A stretch of 64,000 nt of DNA, taken from the NCBI RefSeq assembly GCF_001194135.2, contig NC_069001.1:3514735-3578734 (forward strand). Reading direction: 5' to 3'. The position numbers were made by a program, and so were the translations under genes. The stretch is from Octopus bimaculoides. Taxonomy: Eukaryota. Under the pieces are notes generated by a model. The model ran no database searches. It worked only from the letters and a program-made list of their open reading frames with translations, and was not told where the DNA came from. Positions 38,886-51,572 of this stretch are shown one piece after another; within the stretch, counting starts at the first letter, position 1; every line of letters starts with the position of its first letter.

Positions 38886-39228
38886 CATGTATTCATTCCA
38901 ATCACTGTATTGTGGCTATGCTGGAGCACTGCATCTATAATATTTGTTTGTATTTTAAAACTATCATAAGAGAAAAATTTAAACACTGTCTTTAGTAAAA
39001 CTTTTGTAAAAAAATTTTTAAATCATAAATATATATTCAATATCATAAATTTGTAAGATTAATCAGATTGATAATTATTCATTAATTTTGATTAGATACA
39101 AAGACAATTTTACCTTGAGGCAGGGAATAATAATTTGAATAAAAAGTTTGCAACTCTTTGTAGTCACTGTTTGCCGACAGACAATCACTAGTTTCCTGAG
39201 ATTCTACTGTTCTGCTGTCATAGTTAGT

Positions 39229-39345
39229 ATTTACCCAGAAGGTAAGGTATAATAATTTGAATTTACCAAGAAGTAGGATATAATAATTTGAATTTACTCA
39301 GAGGTAGGGTATAATATTTTAAAGTTATTTAAGAGTAATATATAA
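39229..39345. repeat. 31-32-bp tandem repeat, 3 copies plus a degenerate fourth
   Basis: atttacc.agaag.tagg.tataataatttga, starting at 39229, 39261 and 39292. Confidence 0.8.
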
Positions 39346-39702
39346 TCATTACAAAGTTTTAAGCAAAACTTTTGAGTATGACATGTTTTGGTGCAGCCAT
39401 TTTGGCCCCACATATTTGGCATCACTGATTCAATGCTGATCTATAATAGGAAAATTCAAGTTCAGTTGGACAGGTGACTTTTAAAAGAAAATCAATGTTG
39501 AAAAGGGATACTCTTTGTAATCATTCAATCTGATAGAAATAGCAGCCAAATCATCTACAAATATCCTGCTCATCCTAAAGAAAAGTCACATTGGCCAATG
39601 TGGTCCAACTATTCCATATTTGAATCCTGAATAAAAGACAACATGGTCACAACTGAAACATATTTGGTTATAGGTCAGATAACTTTCAAGGTTGAGCTTA
39701 AG

Positions 39703-39753
39703 TGAAGCAATTACACTAATGAAGCAATTACACTAATGAAACAATTACACTAA
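39703..39753. repeat. 17-bp tandem repeat x3
   Basis: tgaagcaattacactaa. Confidence 0.9.
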
Positions 39754-39829
39754 ACATAGAAAATGAAGAAAAGTTCACAGCTAAAGCAGATACAAGGTGG
39801 TGTCAGGAAAATTATAATTTTTTATATAT

Positions 39830-40005
39830 ATGGCAGTGTGATTAAGAAGCTTACTTTGCAACCATGAGGTTTTGGATTCAATCCCACAGCACAGCACCTT
39901 GAGTGTCTTCTATTATAGTAGAAAACACTTGCCCAAGGGGCTATACAGTGAGACTGAACCCAATACCATGTAATTGTAAAGTGAGCTTCTTAACTACACA
40001 GCCAT
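39830..40005. mobile_element. Two convergent SINE family A heads fused into a hairpin
   Basis: The plus head (39830..39912) and minus head (39919..40005) pair with each other around a 6-nt loop, ttatag. Confidence 0.85.
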
Positions 40006-40344
40006 GTGGACATCTATACCCCACTAAACTTCTCTAAAATTTTGGTTATTTGGAAAATTAACTGAAACACTGAGTCATCTTGTTTTTCTTCAGTCAGGCA
40101 CAATCACACACACACACACACACTATTCCATATCTCATTCATAACAGAAGTTTAATGGTACTATTCCACAGTTATGTCTTTAAAAGGTAGCAATACCTCA
40201 GTTTACTGTTCCTCATAGGAATACTTTGACTGTTGGGATTTAGTTTCAGCCATTGTCAAATGTCAAGAACAACTGAGAAGATTCATTCAGGATTCACAGT
40301 CATAATCTCATTGCTTGAAGAATCTTTGGAGAATAGCAGCATCA

Positions 40345-40510
40345 GTTGATGAAATTGGTCCAAACATTTGATTGATACTTTATTTTGTGAACTCTGGAAA
40401 AATGGAAGGCAAAACCACCCTCGGTGGAATTTGATCTCAAAATGTAAATGGCTAATGCTGAATATTGCATGGCATTTTTGCCTTACACTAATACAGCCAA
40501 TTCACTCATT
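40345..40510 (-). mobile_element. SINE family B fragment
   Basis: gatactttattt..ggaaggcaaaaccaccctcggtggaatttgatctc. Confidence 0.6.
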
Positions 40511-41090
40511 TGCTTTATAGCTACAAAACAGGTCATTAGTAAAGACACATGGTCAGCAAAGAGTTAAAAGACACAGTCTGCTGTTGCTTGAAATATAGAC
40601 AATTAAATTATAAATTCTAATAGAGGTTATGCATTCACTGATGAGGTCATAAGGTTAAAATATATCAGGAGTTATCCGCCATATCAAACACTAACTGAAC
40701 ATATGATCTGTTGTTTGGTAAATGACAAAAAGATTAAGCTCGTTAGATGCAAATAATTTTGAAGAGTCTTTGTGAGTCTCACTGCACCAACATTTGTGCT
40801 ACCATTAGAATGTTCATCAATTCAGATGTTCAATAAATTCGTTAGTTAAAGAGAAAGCCATTCGTTTACAAAAACTGAATCAATTTTCATAATTTTGTTA
40901 ATATTAATCTTGAGAAATAAGTTATTTCTTAATTTTTATCTAATATTACAAGTAAAAAAAAAAGTATTTAATAATCTTAAATGAAAAATGAAAAATTAAT
41001 CTTAACTTTCTCTTTTCTTTTTTATCAACGTCCAAAGTATTGTATTGCAAGATTCAGGTGAATTTTCTCTTTATGTGTATTTGTGTGTGC

Positions 41091-41121
<31 letters not shown>

Positions 41122-42520
41122 TGCACATCTGTTTATGTATGTATATATGTATGCATATCTACTTGTATGTGTGTATGTCTCTGCCTAGATACCTGCATGT
41201 ATGTGTGTGTGTGTGTACATGTGCTTTATATATTTTAACCAAGTTTATTTTGTGTATTTAGGCTTTTGTCTGTGTTTGAAGAAAATACAGTTTGTATGTT
41301 GTATCAATGCATATGATCACATGAATTACGCAGTTTTGGTGAGTGTATATAAAGATGATGTGTGTGTGTGTGTATGTGTGTATTTAGTTTTAAGACGTAC
41401 ACAATGGTGTCTATGTGTGTTTAGACAATAAAGGTATTTTAGCAATTTTTCATTTTTGCCATTAACAATTTAACAATGTCAGTGAGTTAAAACAATTGTA
41501 TTTACTGAGTACAATTAAATACAGATGATAGACAAGACAGATACAAAAAACATCATCATCATCATTGACATTGTCGTTGTTGCTGCTGCTCTTATACAAC
41601 AACCAGCAGACCTTTACCAAAAGAAGAAAAATAAGAAAGTGAACAATAATGTGTGAGAATTGTTTTATTAATGGGCCAAACATGACAGGCCATTTATCTG
41701 TAGATCTACTCAGTAATAAGTCATCTGATCAAACAAATAACACATTGATTTTTAACTCAATTTTTACAAAATTCAAGATGTGCGCCATCATATGTTCAAT
41801 TCTAACTTAATGAATAATGTTCCTGGTTTCTATTTCAAGGTGTTGTAGAGATAATTTATCAAAGTGTAAACTAGATCTTCGAGGGTTTATCCCAGTTATG
41901 ATAATAATAGAAAATAGAACATTCTAGCAATCATTTCTTCAACAGAAATTAAAGAAAGCATTACTTTACGCAGATTTGAAGAAACATACAAAATATATAA
42001 ACAATTTAAGGAAATTTAAATTATAGTAAAGAAAGAAATGAAAAACAGACTTCTCAGCAGCTAGGTCAAGAGTTTTTCAACAATCACTAGTAAAACAAAG
42101 GTGCTAATAGAGTATATTTCAAATATAGAATTATCTAGATATTTATAATTAAACTGACATATATCTTTGCCATAAATAAAACCCAAACAACTATTACATT
42201 CATTTTGATTAAATGACTTTATATTCATGGAAACAAAATGTCAAATTTAGCCTGAATTTTTCTCTTACATTTTTGAAAATTTAATCTTAAATAAATCACA
42301 AGAATTTGACAGGACTAGTCCTGGTTTCCTTCAGATATGTGATGAAAAAAAAAAAATTGAAGAGAGAACATGTAATCTTCCTGAAGCACTGAATATAACA
42401 AGATGATCCATTTGCTGCATAAAGTAGCACTTACACAAGCATTGCACATAAACAAAAACAGAAAAATGTAGAGAGACACACACATGTGTGTGTGTGTTCC
42501 CCTTTCTCTTTGAGTGTGTC

Positions 42521-42566
<46 letters not shown>

Positions 42567-42619
42567 TGGGAAGACACACACGCACACAAGAGGTTAGCTG
42601 AAATGATACATGGTTGATA

Positions 42620-42810
42620 CTGTACTCAGTGCTCCTGTGGAACCCCTACGTGGACACACTAGAAGAGGGAGACTGAGGATGATATATGTTGATGCACTAA
42701 GGACAGACACAGCTCTCTGGGAGACACAGGACATGGCAGCGATGATGAGGGACAAAGACCGCTGGAGAGAACTCGTCCATGAATCTCAGGAATTTTGCCC
42801 ACCCTAGATT
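42620..42810 (+). mobile_element. Short 3' end of an RTE-like LINE (same group as 21110..21450)
   Basis: PVEPLRGHTRRGRLRMIYVDALRTDTALWETQDMAAMMRDKDRWRELVHESQE matches the RTE C-terminal pattern EP.HG..RRGR..Y.D.L..DTG....M.D...WR..V. Confidence 0.8.
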
Positions 42811-42872
42811 TATATATATATAACATTAATGTAATAATGTTCAGAATATCTTATTTCCCTATCTATTATATT

Positions 42873-43078
42873 CCCCTAAATATTTCACTGTGTATGGTGT
42901 ACCCACTAAACATTTCACTATCCATATCAGAAATCATCTCACTATCCATAATATACTACAAAACATTTCAATATCCATCACATAGTAGTAAATATTTAAC
43001 TATCCTTGGTATAGCTACAAAATATTTCACTATGCTATAACCCTAAATATCCCTCTATCCATGGCATAGCCCTAAAGC
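42873..43078. repeat. Degenerate minisatellite, 25-30-bp unit, about 7 copies
   Basis: Consensus approximately ctaaatatttcactatccatggtatagcc. Confidence 0.75.
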
Positions 43079-43489
43079 AATAAAATCAGTTCTGAATATG
43101 AAAATTACTCAGAATATAAATGTAACAAGAGATGGGCAGTGATATCACCCACATTGTAAACAGTAAAACAACCAAAAGAGAAATAGGGAGAAACTGATGA
43201 AATTCTATTTGCTGATTGAAAAGCTAAATTGCTGGCATAGCTAGAAAATATTTCAGTGATTGTGAATGGTCATAAAATCTGTATTATTGTTAATGAATAA
43301 ATGGTATGGTGACCAGAAATCAAAGTAACAAAAAAAAATTATATATAGAAAGAGAGAGGGAGGGTGCAATGTGTTTATAGAAATGATAGCATTCCAGACT
43401 AAATCTGTTGTGGCAACAATTTACAGGTCATGTTCTGATGTAAGTGGGCTTATGATTTTGTTCCTAATCCCACAGAGTTATTGTTGCTG

Positions 43490-43700
43490 TTATATTTTAG
43501 CTCAGGTCAGCTTGGTGTTGATGTTGTTTAGTCTGAAGTTAATCCCTATGTTCAAAAGCAGTCAAACCATGACCACCTTGTTTGTTTACTTTTCAGAAAT
43601 AGCATTCCCTGGACTACATTATCCACTGTTGCCTTTTTCGTCACAGTTTCGTCTTCTCTCTCTCTCTCTCTCACTCTCTCTCTCACTCTTTCTCTCTCTC

Positions 43701-43754
<54 letters not shown>

Positions 43755-43792
43755 NNNNNNNNNNNNNNNNNNNNNNNNNNNNNNNNNNNNNN

Positions 43793-43853
<61 letters not shown>

Positions 43854-44460
43854 ATTGCCATTCATCTCCTTTACTGCAAGATATCTATTTCTGTCACCAT
43901 TTGGCTCAAAGCCTCCTCCCTCAACATTACTTCCCCACTTCAGTTGAGGGAGCTTGTTTTACAAGTTATTTAATGGCCTTACTGCTGCTGCTGCCACATG
44001 GGATGCACCCCATAAAGTGGTTGGTGTTAGGAAGGACATCCAGCCTTAGCAGACAGTAGAGCTTGGTACAGTCTTCTGTCTTGGCAGCTCCTGTCAAACC
44101 ATCCAAACCATGCCAACATAAAACAAGGACTTAAAGGAGATGGTGGTAGTGATGTTGATGATTTGAGAGGAGATTTGGCTGTTCTTTTTGACTGGTCAAA
44201 CTATCACCTTACTAGTTCATATTAATACAGATGATAACACGGTGATTGCTGTTGCTTAACCCAAGCAATAGACCTTATTTAGACCAAAGGAGTTCCAATT
44301 GTGACCACTCTGCAGTTGGATTATTGTATTTAGTGTCGTTTGTATTGATTGACTCAAGACAGCCCTAATCCAGTATTAGACTTTCCCTACTCGTGACTAT
44401 CCTGCCTTTTAGTCACACAATATATCTATGAGTACATTATTCATATTATGTCTGCTTTCT
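43490..44460 (+). mobile_element. Family D fragments (about 43490..43640, 44162..44460) flanking a (CT)n tract and a SINE family C copy (about 43995..44160)
   Basis: ctcaggtcagc..ggactacattatcc; aaagtggttggtgttaggaaggacatccagc..aaaccatccaaaccatgccaac; gaggagatttggctg. Confidence 0.65.
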
Positions 44461-45759
44461 GTCCCCAATTAATTTTTTCAGAAAAATTGTAGTGCAAGCT
44501 CATTATTTAAAAGGCAGTGTATTTCATTGGAAATATGGTAAGAAAAGAGTTAAAGGGCATGCTGCTATATAATTCTGCTTGCACCAGTCTGTCTGGCTAA
44601 CTGGCAAAAATAATAAAATCAGATTCCACTTCATTCATACTTTATGGGTGAGTGGTTAATGGTAGGAAAGGCCAGCTGCTATAACTTTTGCTTGACTGAC
44701 TGACTGACGAATAGACAGGCTCCACTCCATTCGTACTTTACAGTTGAGTAGCAGTTAGTGATAGGAAGGGCATCGAGCTGTGAAAGAAAAAACAAAAATG
44801 CTCCAACAAACATGCTATCCTACCTAGCCAACATTGAGAAATAGATGTAACATGATTAAAATATCTATATTGATAAATTCATATATTTACAAATGAAAAT
44901 AAAGAAAAGTAGTGTTTTGAAAAAGCAGCAAAATTGAAAATATTTTTAAAGACTCAAAAATTTGGTTTAGTAAAACGTAAGAGGGGGGGGGGCAGAAATA
45001 AGTTAATATGATTATGAATTCTTAAAACAAAAACTACACCAGCCTATAATTAGCAGATTATATATAGTTAGTCATATAAAGGTGATAATCCCAGTAAGAT
45101 GGAGATTTTATGGTATTTGTACAATTGATTTTATTCAAGGCTTCTGTCAAAACTACTGTTAATGTTTTAGTATACATACGTATACACATGCATAAATATA
45201 TATAAGTGTATGTGTATATGCTTAAGTGTATGTGTGAATATATATTACTCTTCACACAGAAATAGGTTACATATTGATTATTTCATAGCCATAATGCCTA
45301 TGATTTATGAGAGAAAGATAGAAGATTAGGTGACATTCATGCCACTGGAGGGTCAACATCAAAGTAAAACAGTTACAATGCAAAACTCAAACTAATTTAC
45401 TGACTTCACTTAGATGTAACTTGCCTATTTGATGTGGCACAGTGACAGCTTGTCTACTTTGCATGACACACAGGCAGCCACTCAACAGTGCATTATGCTG
45501 GGGAGGAGCTAAAGGCACTTGTAGAACCTTCACTTCAATTAACAAAGGAAATTCCGTGTCCCTTCAAACCTGTGTCCAGTATGTGGAGTCAACTTGTCCC
45601 TCACATGCCCCTCTTGCTAAGCTTCTGGCAGCTTGTCTACATAACACTACAGCAGTCTGTCTACTCTCAGTTTCTTTTCCAGAAATCATGCAACAAATTG
45701 TTTGGTTCTTAATTACAATTACAAATCAACCTTGATTTCTACAATATCCTCCAATATAA

Positions 45760-46230
45760 ACGTAATTATCATCATCACCAACAACATGATCATCACTATC
45801 CTTATTATCATGATTATCATCAACATTAACACCACTACCATGATTATTACTTTCCCTCACCATCCCATTGGCATTATTACTACCAACAACGTCATCATGA
45901 ATGTTACCATTACCAACACCACCATGATTATTACTTTCCCTCACCATCCCATTGGCATTATTACTACCAACAACGTCATCATGAATTTTACCATTACCAA
46001 CACCACCATGATTATTACCTCCATCACCATTACTATGATCTGTGATCACTACCACTACCACCACCATCATTACTGATAATCATCATGATTATCTCCATCT
46101 CCATCAAGTTCAACAGCTCCACCACCATCATGATAATCATTACCAGTATCATGGTTCTTACCACTACCATTGTGACTGTCACCATCACTACCAATCATTA
46201 TTATCATCACCAGTCTTATATTTACTTGAT
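45760..46230. repeat. Degenerate (ACC/ATC/ATT)n tract containing an 84-bp tandem duplication (units start at 45837, 45921, 46005)
   Basis: accatgattattactttccctcaccatcccattggc... recurs at exact 84-bp spacing. Confidence 0.85.
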
Positions 46231-46232
46231 CA

Positions 46233-46267
<35 letters not shown>

Positions 46268-48094
46268 ATATATATATATATATATGATATATATATNNNN
46301 NNNNNNNNNNNNNNNNNNNNNNNNNNNNNNNNNNNNNNNNNNNNNNNNNNNNNNNNNNNNNNNNNNNNNNNNNNNNNNNNNNNNNNNNNNNNNNNNNNNN
46401 NNNNNNNNNNNNNNNNNNNNNNNNNNNNNNNNNNNNNNNNNNNNNNNNNNNNNNNNNNNNNNNNNNNNNNNNNNNNNNNNNNNNNNNNNNNNNNNNNNNN
46501 NNNNNNNNNNNNNNNNNNNNNNNNNNNNNNNNNNNNNNNNNNNNNNNNNNNNNNNNNNNNNNNNNNNNNNNNNNNNNNNNNNNNNNNNNNNNNNNNNNNN
46601 NNNNNNNNNNNNNNNNNNNNNNNNNNNNNNNNNNNNNNNNNNNNNNNNNNNNNNNNNNNNNNNNNNNNNNNNNNNNNNNNNNNNNNNNNNNNNNNNNNNN
46701 NNNNNNNNNNNNNNNNNNNNNNNNNNNNNNNNNNNNNNNNNNNNNNNNNNNNNNNNNNNNNNNNNNNNNNNNNNNNNNNNNNNNNNNNNNNNNNNNNNNN
46801 NNNNNNNNNNNNNNNNNNNNNNNNNNNNNNNNNNNNNNNNNNNNNNNNNNNNNNNNNNNNNNNNNNNNNNNNNNNNNNNNNNNNNNNNNNNNNNNNNNNN
46901 NNNNNNNNNNNNNNNNNNNNNNNNNNNNNNNNNNNNNNNNNNNNNNNNNNNNNNNNNNNNNNNNNNNNNNNNNNNNNNNNNNNNNNNNNNNNNNNNNNNN
47001 NNNNNNNNNNNNNNNNNNNNNNNNNNNNNNNNNNNNNNNNNNNNNNNNNNNNNNNNNNNNNNNNNNNNNNNNNNNNNNNNNNNNNNNNNNNNNNNNNNNN
47101 NNNNNNNNNATAGCACAATGCAAGACCACACCTTTGATGCAAGTCTGAGGTGCCATTCTAATGTCTAAAACTGCAAATATTACATAAATTTCACTTCAAA
47201 CTTTTGTGTAAACTGGCATTGAAAGCAGAGTGGGTACTGAATCAATTGTAACTGATCATTGAAGATGTTTTAAAGTATTTCTTTGTCTTATTATTTGGAT
47301 TATATATATTTATATATAGAAGCTAAATATGAAAAAGTAAAGTTTAGATATGTTGCTATTACCAACCCTTAAGTGGTTGATCAATTAGTTGGTAGGGGGG
47401 TTAATTCTTATCAAGGTTTACATGTTATCAAACAGAACTGAAATAAACATAACACATCTCTCACAGTAATATACATAAACATGTGTGTGTGTGCATGCGC
47501 ACACGCACATGTGTGTGAATTAACAAATTATCATATCATATAACACATATGAGATAACTGTATTTGTTCACACAGATGTGAGTGTATGTGTGTTAAAGAC
47601 AGAGAGAAAGGAAGAGAGAGAGAAAGGGAAAGAGAGAAGGAGGATTGTATTTCATGGAAACAGGATTTATTCATAAAGACTGTGTAGAGTCGGAATGAGC
47701 TGCTTGCCATTCCAATCTAAATGTGAGTCCCATGAGTTTTCTATGCACAGCTCCACTCAACTAGCTAATGTATGTCACAGCCCAGCAACACAGATATTTT
47801 ACTGCGACTAAGCCAACATTCTTTATTATTATGACCAACAATAGGAAAAACAAAACAAACAAACAAAAGTAAGAAAAATGAAAAATCAATGTTAGATATT
47901 GTTGGAGTTTCTGCAGTTACAATAGACAGACAAGTTCAAGAGTCTTTTGTTTTTGTTGGGTAATGTAAGTCAGGAGAAGAGGTGCAATGCCAATGGTCTT
48001 TGCCTTCCATACTCATGGACTGAGGAGATTGATATGGTGACCTTTTGTCTGACCTGAACAACTGCAAGTCAATATCTTTGAGCAAGCATTGCTA

Positions 48095-48190
48095 ATTGGC
48101 TTAGTGGTTACAGTGATGGACTCGTGACTGTAAGATTGTGGTCTCAGTTCCTGGACTGGGCAATGAGTTGTATTCTTGAGCAAAACACTC
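48095..48190 (+). mobile_element. tRNA-headed SINE fragment (family E)
   Basis: ttggcttagtggttacagtgatggactc (A-box-like)..gtctcagttcctggactggg..gtattcttgagcaaaacact. Confidence 0.5.
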
Positions 48191-48484
48191 CTTATTCTTA
48201 TGAAATCTTCTAATGTTTGGCAAAATACTGTACCAAAGGGAACCAAGGATTTGAAGGATTTTAATGAGCAATTATTGTGATTAAGACATAAACAAAAGGG
48301 CACAAGATGACACTCTTCTAATAAATATATAAGAAACTTGAAAGCAGATGTTTCAGTTTAAATACTGGGGATTTTTTTGGTGTTGGAGATTGCCTTATTT
48401 ATTGCACAACTCAGGTGAAACAAATAGCATTTTGCTCAAAAATGGCAAGTTAATTTTCTCAACAAAAGATGTGTGTGTGTAATG

Positions 48485-48620
48485 TGCTTCTGCACAGTTT
48501 TCAGTTTTCCATTCCATATGAGGTTATAGTAAAAGACCCTGGGTACCATACTATGAGATTGAGCCGAGACCCATATGATGTACAGCAAGGTGCCTAAGTA
48601 CCTAACCACGCTGCACTCAT
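48485..48620 (-). mobile_element. Degenerate SINE family A fragment
   Basis: cagttttcc..gaggttatagtaaaagac..gattgagccgagacc. Confidence 0.5.
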
Positions 48621-49125
48621 ATTTGCTTCCTATCTAAAGGGCTTGTCATTTTTATCCTTTGAAAACTGTATATGTAGAGTCATTGGGTTGGATGCTTAAA
48701 CAAACTAAAAAGTGGTGGGGAGGAGGGAAAACAGGAAGAGATTTATTTTGGTGAATATGGAAAAAAGATTGTGTCTTCAAGGCCAAGGAAAGTAGAACAT
48801 ATAAAGTCTGCAAAGATCTGCAATGATTTGGTACTGCAAGACAGACTAATATCAAATGATTTACATAAAACTAATTTATGATAGACCATATATATATGGA
48901 ATACTGGGAAATTACATGACAGTCATATAGAATACTGATGAAGCAGTGTATAATGCATGTGTTTGATTATATACATTGCTACTCACATTAACATATAAAC
49001 ACACACATACAAAGTCTATTAATAGAGATACTCTAGAAATAATTACATTTGAAAATATAATTTAAATTGTGTTTGAGAGAAAAATGAAATATTTCTAATA
49101 ATCTATACATTTAACAAAATAATAT

Positions 49126-49151
49126 CATTATTATTATTATTATCATTATTA

Positions 49152-49197
<46 letters not shown>

Positions 49198-49203
49198 TAT
49201 TAT
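49126..49203. repeat. (ATT)n microsatellite
   Basis: Direct reading. Confidence 0.95.
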
Positions 49204-50221
49204 TCAAAGTGGGCCTACCCATGTAATTTAAATTATAATCTATATACTTCTACACTTCATATATTCAGCACCAGGATATATATACAAAGCATACATTTCT
49301 TCTTGTAAATAATGTGCTTTTATGTACACCCTATGCAGGTAGTTGTAAGCAACTAACTACTCACTCCCTTACCTTCTCTTGTCCAGGGCTACAGCCTAGT
49401 AAATGCTTGTATAAAGCCCACAAAAGAATAAATAATAATGCAATTATATTAAAATGCAAATGTTGTTAACTAGTTGTTTGCATTGGTGTATGTAAATATG
49501 AAAACAAACAAACAAAAAAAGAAAACATGGAAACAACATTGTATTTCAAAACTGTCCTCTTGTGTACACAACTTCTATTCAAATTACACAGAGAAGGGGG
49601 AAAAAAACCTGGCTTTTGATGTAATCATGGGAAAGTGTAGGAATTGGCGGGTATTAGTCTAAGAAGTAATATATTAGCATTCTTTGTTCAGAATGTAGAC
49701 AAAGTAAATTTGATATAAAAACAAATATCTAACAGAATGCTTCAATCTGGATTTTATTATGAAAACAAATTTGCACAAGCAGTGATAATTGGTTAAGATA
49801 CAAATTAACCATTGAAATTCAAATAGAAATTCATAAAATGAAAATAGAGTGGAGACTGTACAGACTGTAGTAAGCTAAGTAGAGGAAATAGAATTTAGTT
49901 ACGAATCGGATACAAAGGTACAAATATGTATTTTTTTAATAAAAACAAATTTCATTGAAATTTAATTTGCTTATTTAACAAATTGCTATGAAAACACCAG
50001 AATTTTGAGAAACAAACACTGAAAGTCTATAAAGTTATAATCACATTTATTTATTATCTTTTTTTTAGTGTGTATGTGTGTGTGCGTGTGTCTAACAGAA
50101 ATGGCTGATATTCATATAGAAGAAAACTAACGCAAAAAGAAAAAAGAAAACAATACTTTGAAAAAATATTGTCTGTTAAGATGTAGATTAAATTTTTTTT
50201 GTTTTATGTAAAAAAAAAACT

Positions 50222-50310
50222 AGCAGTGGATTGGTGGAATTGTTAGAGAATCGGATGGGATGCCTTGCTGTATTTGTTCTAGTTCTGTGTATACCGAGTT
50301 CAAATTCCAC
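50222..50310 (+). mobile_element. SINE family B head fragment
   Basis: ttggtggaattgttagag..atgccttgctgtatt..gagttcaaattcc. Confidence 0.6.
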
Positions 50311-50807
50311 CCAGTAACAAAAAAAAAAAAAGAACAGAGACACTTTTGCTAGGAGTTGAGACTGGCAGATAGTATCAGCAATATGAAAAACCAATGAAAA
50401 TCAATGAAAACAGTTTCCTTGGTTCGGTCAGAAGATCGACTGCCACCATTACACCATGTAAGAAGCTTAAAATAAAATGTAATAATCATAAATAATGTTA
50501 ATTAATGTCTAAGATTTCAGGTTTAGACTGAATAATTGAACACCACTATCTGACCCTTTGAGTGATTTTATCAGAGTTCACTCCATTGCAACTAGCCTGA
50601 TAATACCTTCCTTCCAATAGTCATAGAGGCCCTGAAAAGGATCATAGGGGTGACCTTGCCTCATCTTACTAAACCATTACAAAAAAAGAAAATTTATCTG
50701 CTAAATAACTCATTAAACGATCTTCACTCATGAATGAAGATGTCTTCCAACATAAACTTAGACAAATAGCATATTTCAAATATACCTACATGAATAAACA
50801 GATTAAC

Positions 50808-51003
50808 TTTTCAAGACATTCAATGTAATTTTCACAAAAATTTTCCCCGGTGACTGAAATGGTCTCAACAATTTGGTTCATTTATGTTACAAAATATAAA
50901 TAAATCTATAAAATAAATTTTTCAAGACAATCCACATAATTTACATAGAAATTTTTACCCTACTTTTGACATGGTTTCAACTATTTGGTTCCATTTATGT
51001 TAC
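50808..51003. repeat. Old tandem duplication, period about 110 bp, 2 copies
   Basis: ttttcaagaca..atgg.ctcaac.atttggttc.atttatgttac at about 50808 and about 50918. Confidence 0.7.
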
Positions 51004-51239
51004 TTTATGCAAATATTCATTACAATGTAAGTAAAAATGCAAAAGCAATTTAAACAATGATTGGAACAGAATGAAACTTCAATTCACTTTCAGCATCGAA
51101 TTCAGTAAAAATGTCACCATTAGAAATAATGGAATTTAACATTTTTACAAAATGCACTTAACTAAATTTTGCATCTAAGAGAGGAAAATAATTGCCATAA
51201 AGCAACTGGAATAATAAATGGGATGAATTAGACAAAACA

Positions 51240-51400
51240 ATATTTCTACTAAATTCCTGTTATATCAAAATCTCAGCAGAAAATATTGGGTTTTTGGTTT
51301 TGTTTTTTTGGTTTATATACCAAATAACACTTTATATTTTGAAGGAAGCAAGGAGGTCTCCCTACCCCTTTTCTTGGATGCAGCAGACATAGTTAAATGA
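51240..51400 (-). pseudogene. Possible decayed relic of a LINE ORF2 apurinic-endonuclease N-terminus
   Basis: The minus strand reads FNYVCCIQEKG* (VCCIQE at 51371..51388), then in a shifted frame RGRETSLLPSKYKVLFG (YKVLFG at 51319..51336). This resembles the RTE-type endonuclease motif DxCCIQExRWRG...YKxFWxG. The match is short and broken by a stop and a frameshift. Confidence 0.35.
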
Positions 51401-51572
51401 TGTTAAACAGTGTAACTGGAATATAATTAGAAATATACATAATTTGTTTATTTAAGTTAATTAGAAATTTATAGAAAAAAGTAGTTAGTCTAATTTTGGA
51501 AATATTAGTAGAATATTACATGGTCATGATTCTGTAGTTGTTATAGTCAGTACTGTTTGTGTTTATCAGTTA

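Noticed and set aside
45400-45740. GC-richer segment with two overlapping ORFs and a repeated cagcttgtctac 12-mer
   Set aside because: No recognisable domain; probably an old repeat fragment.
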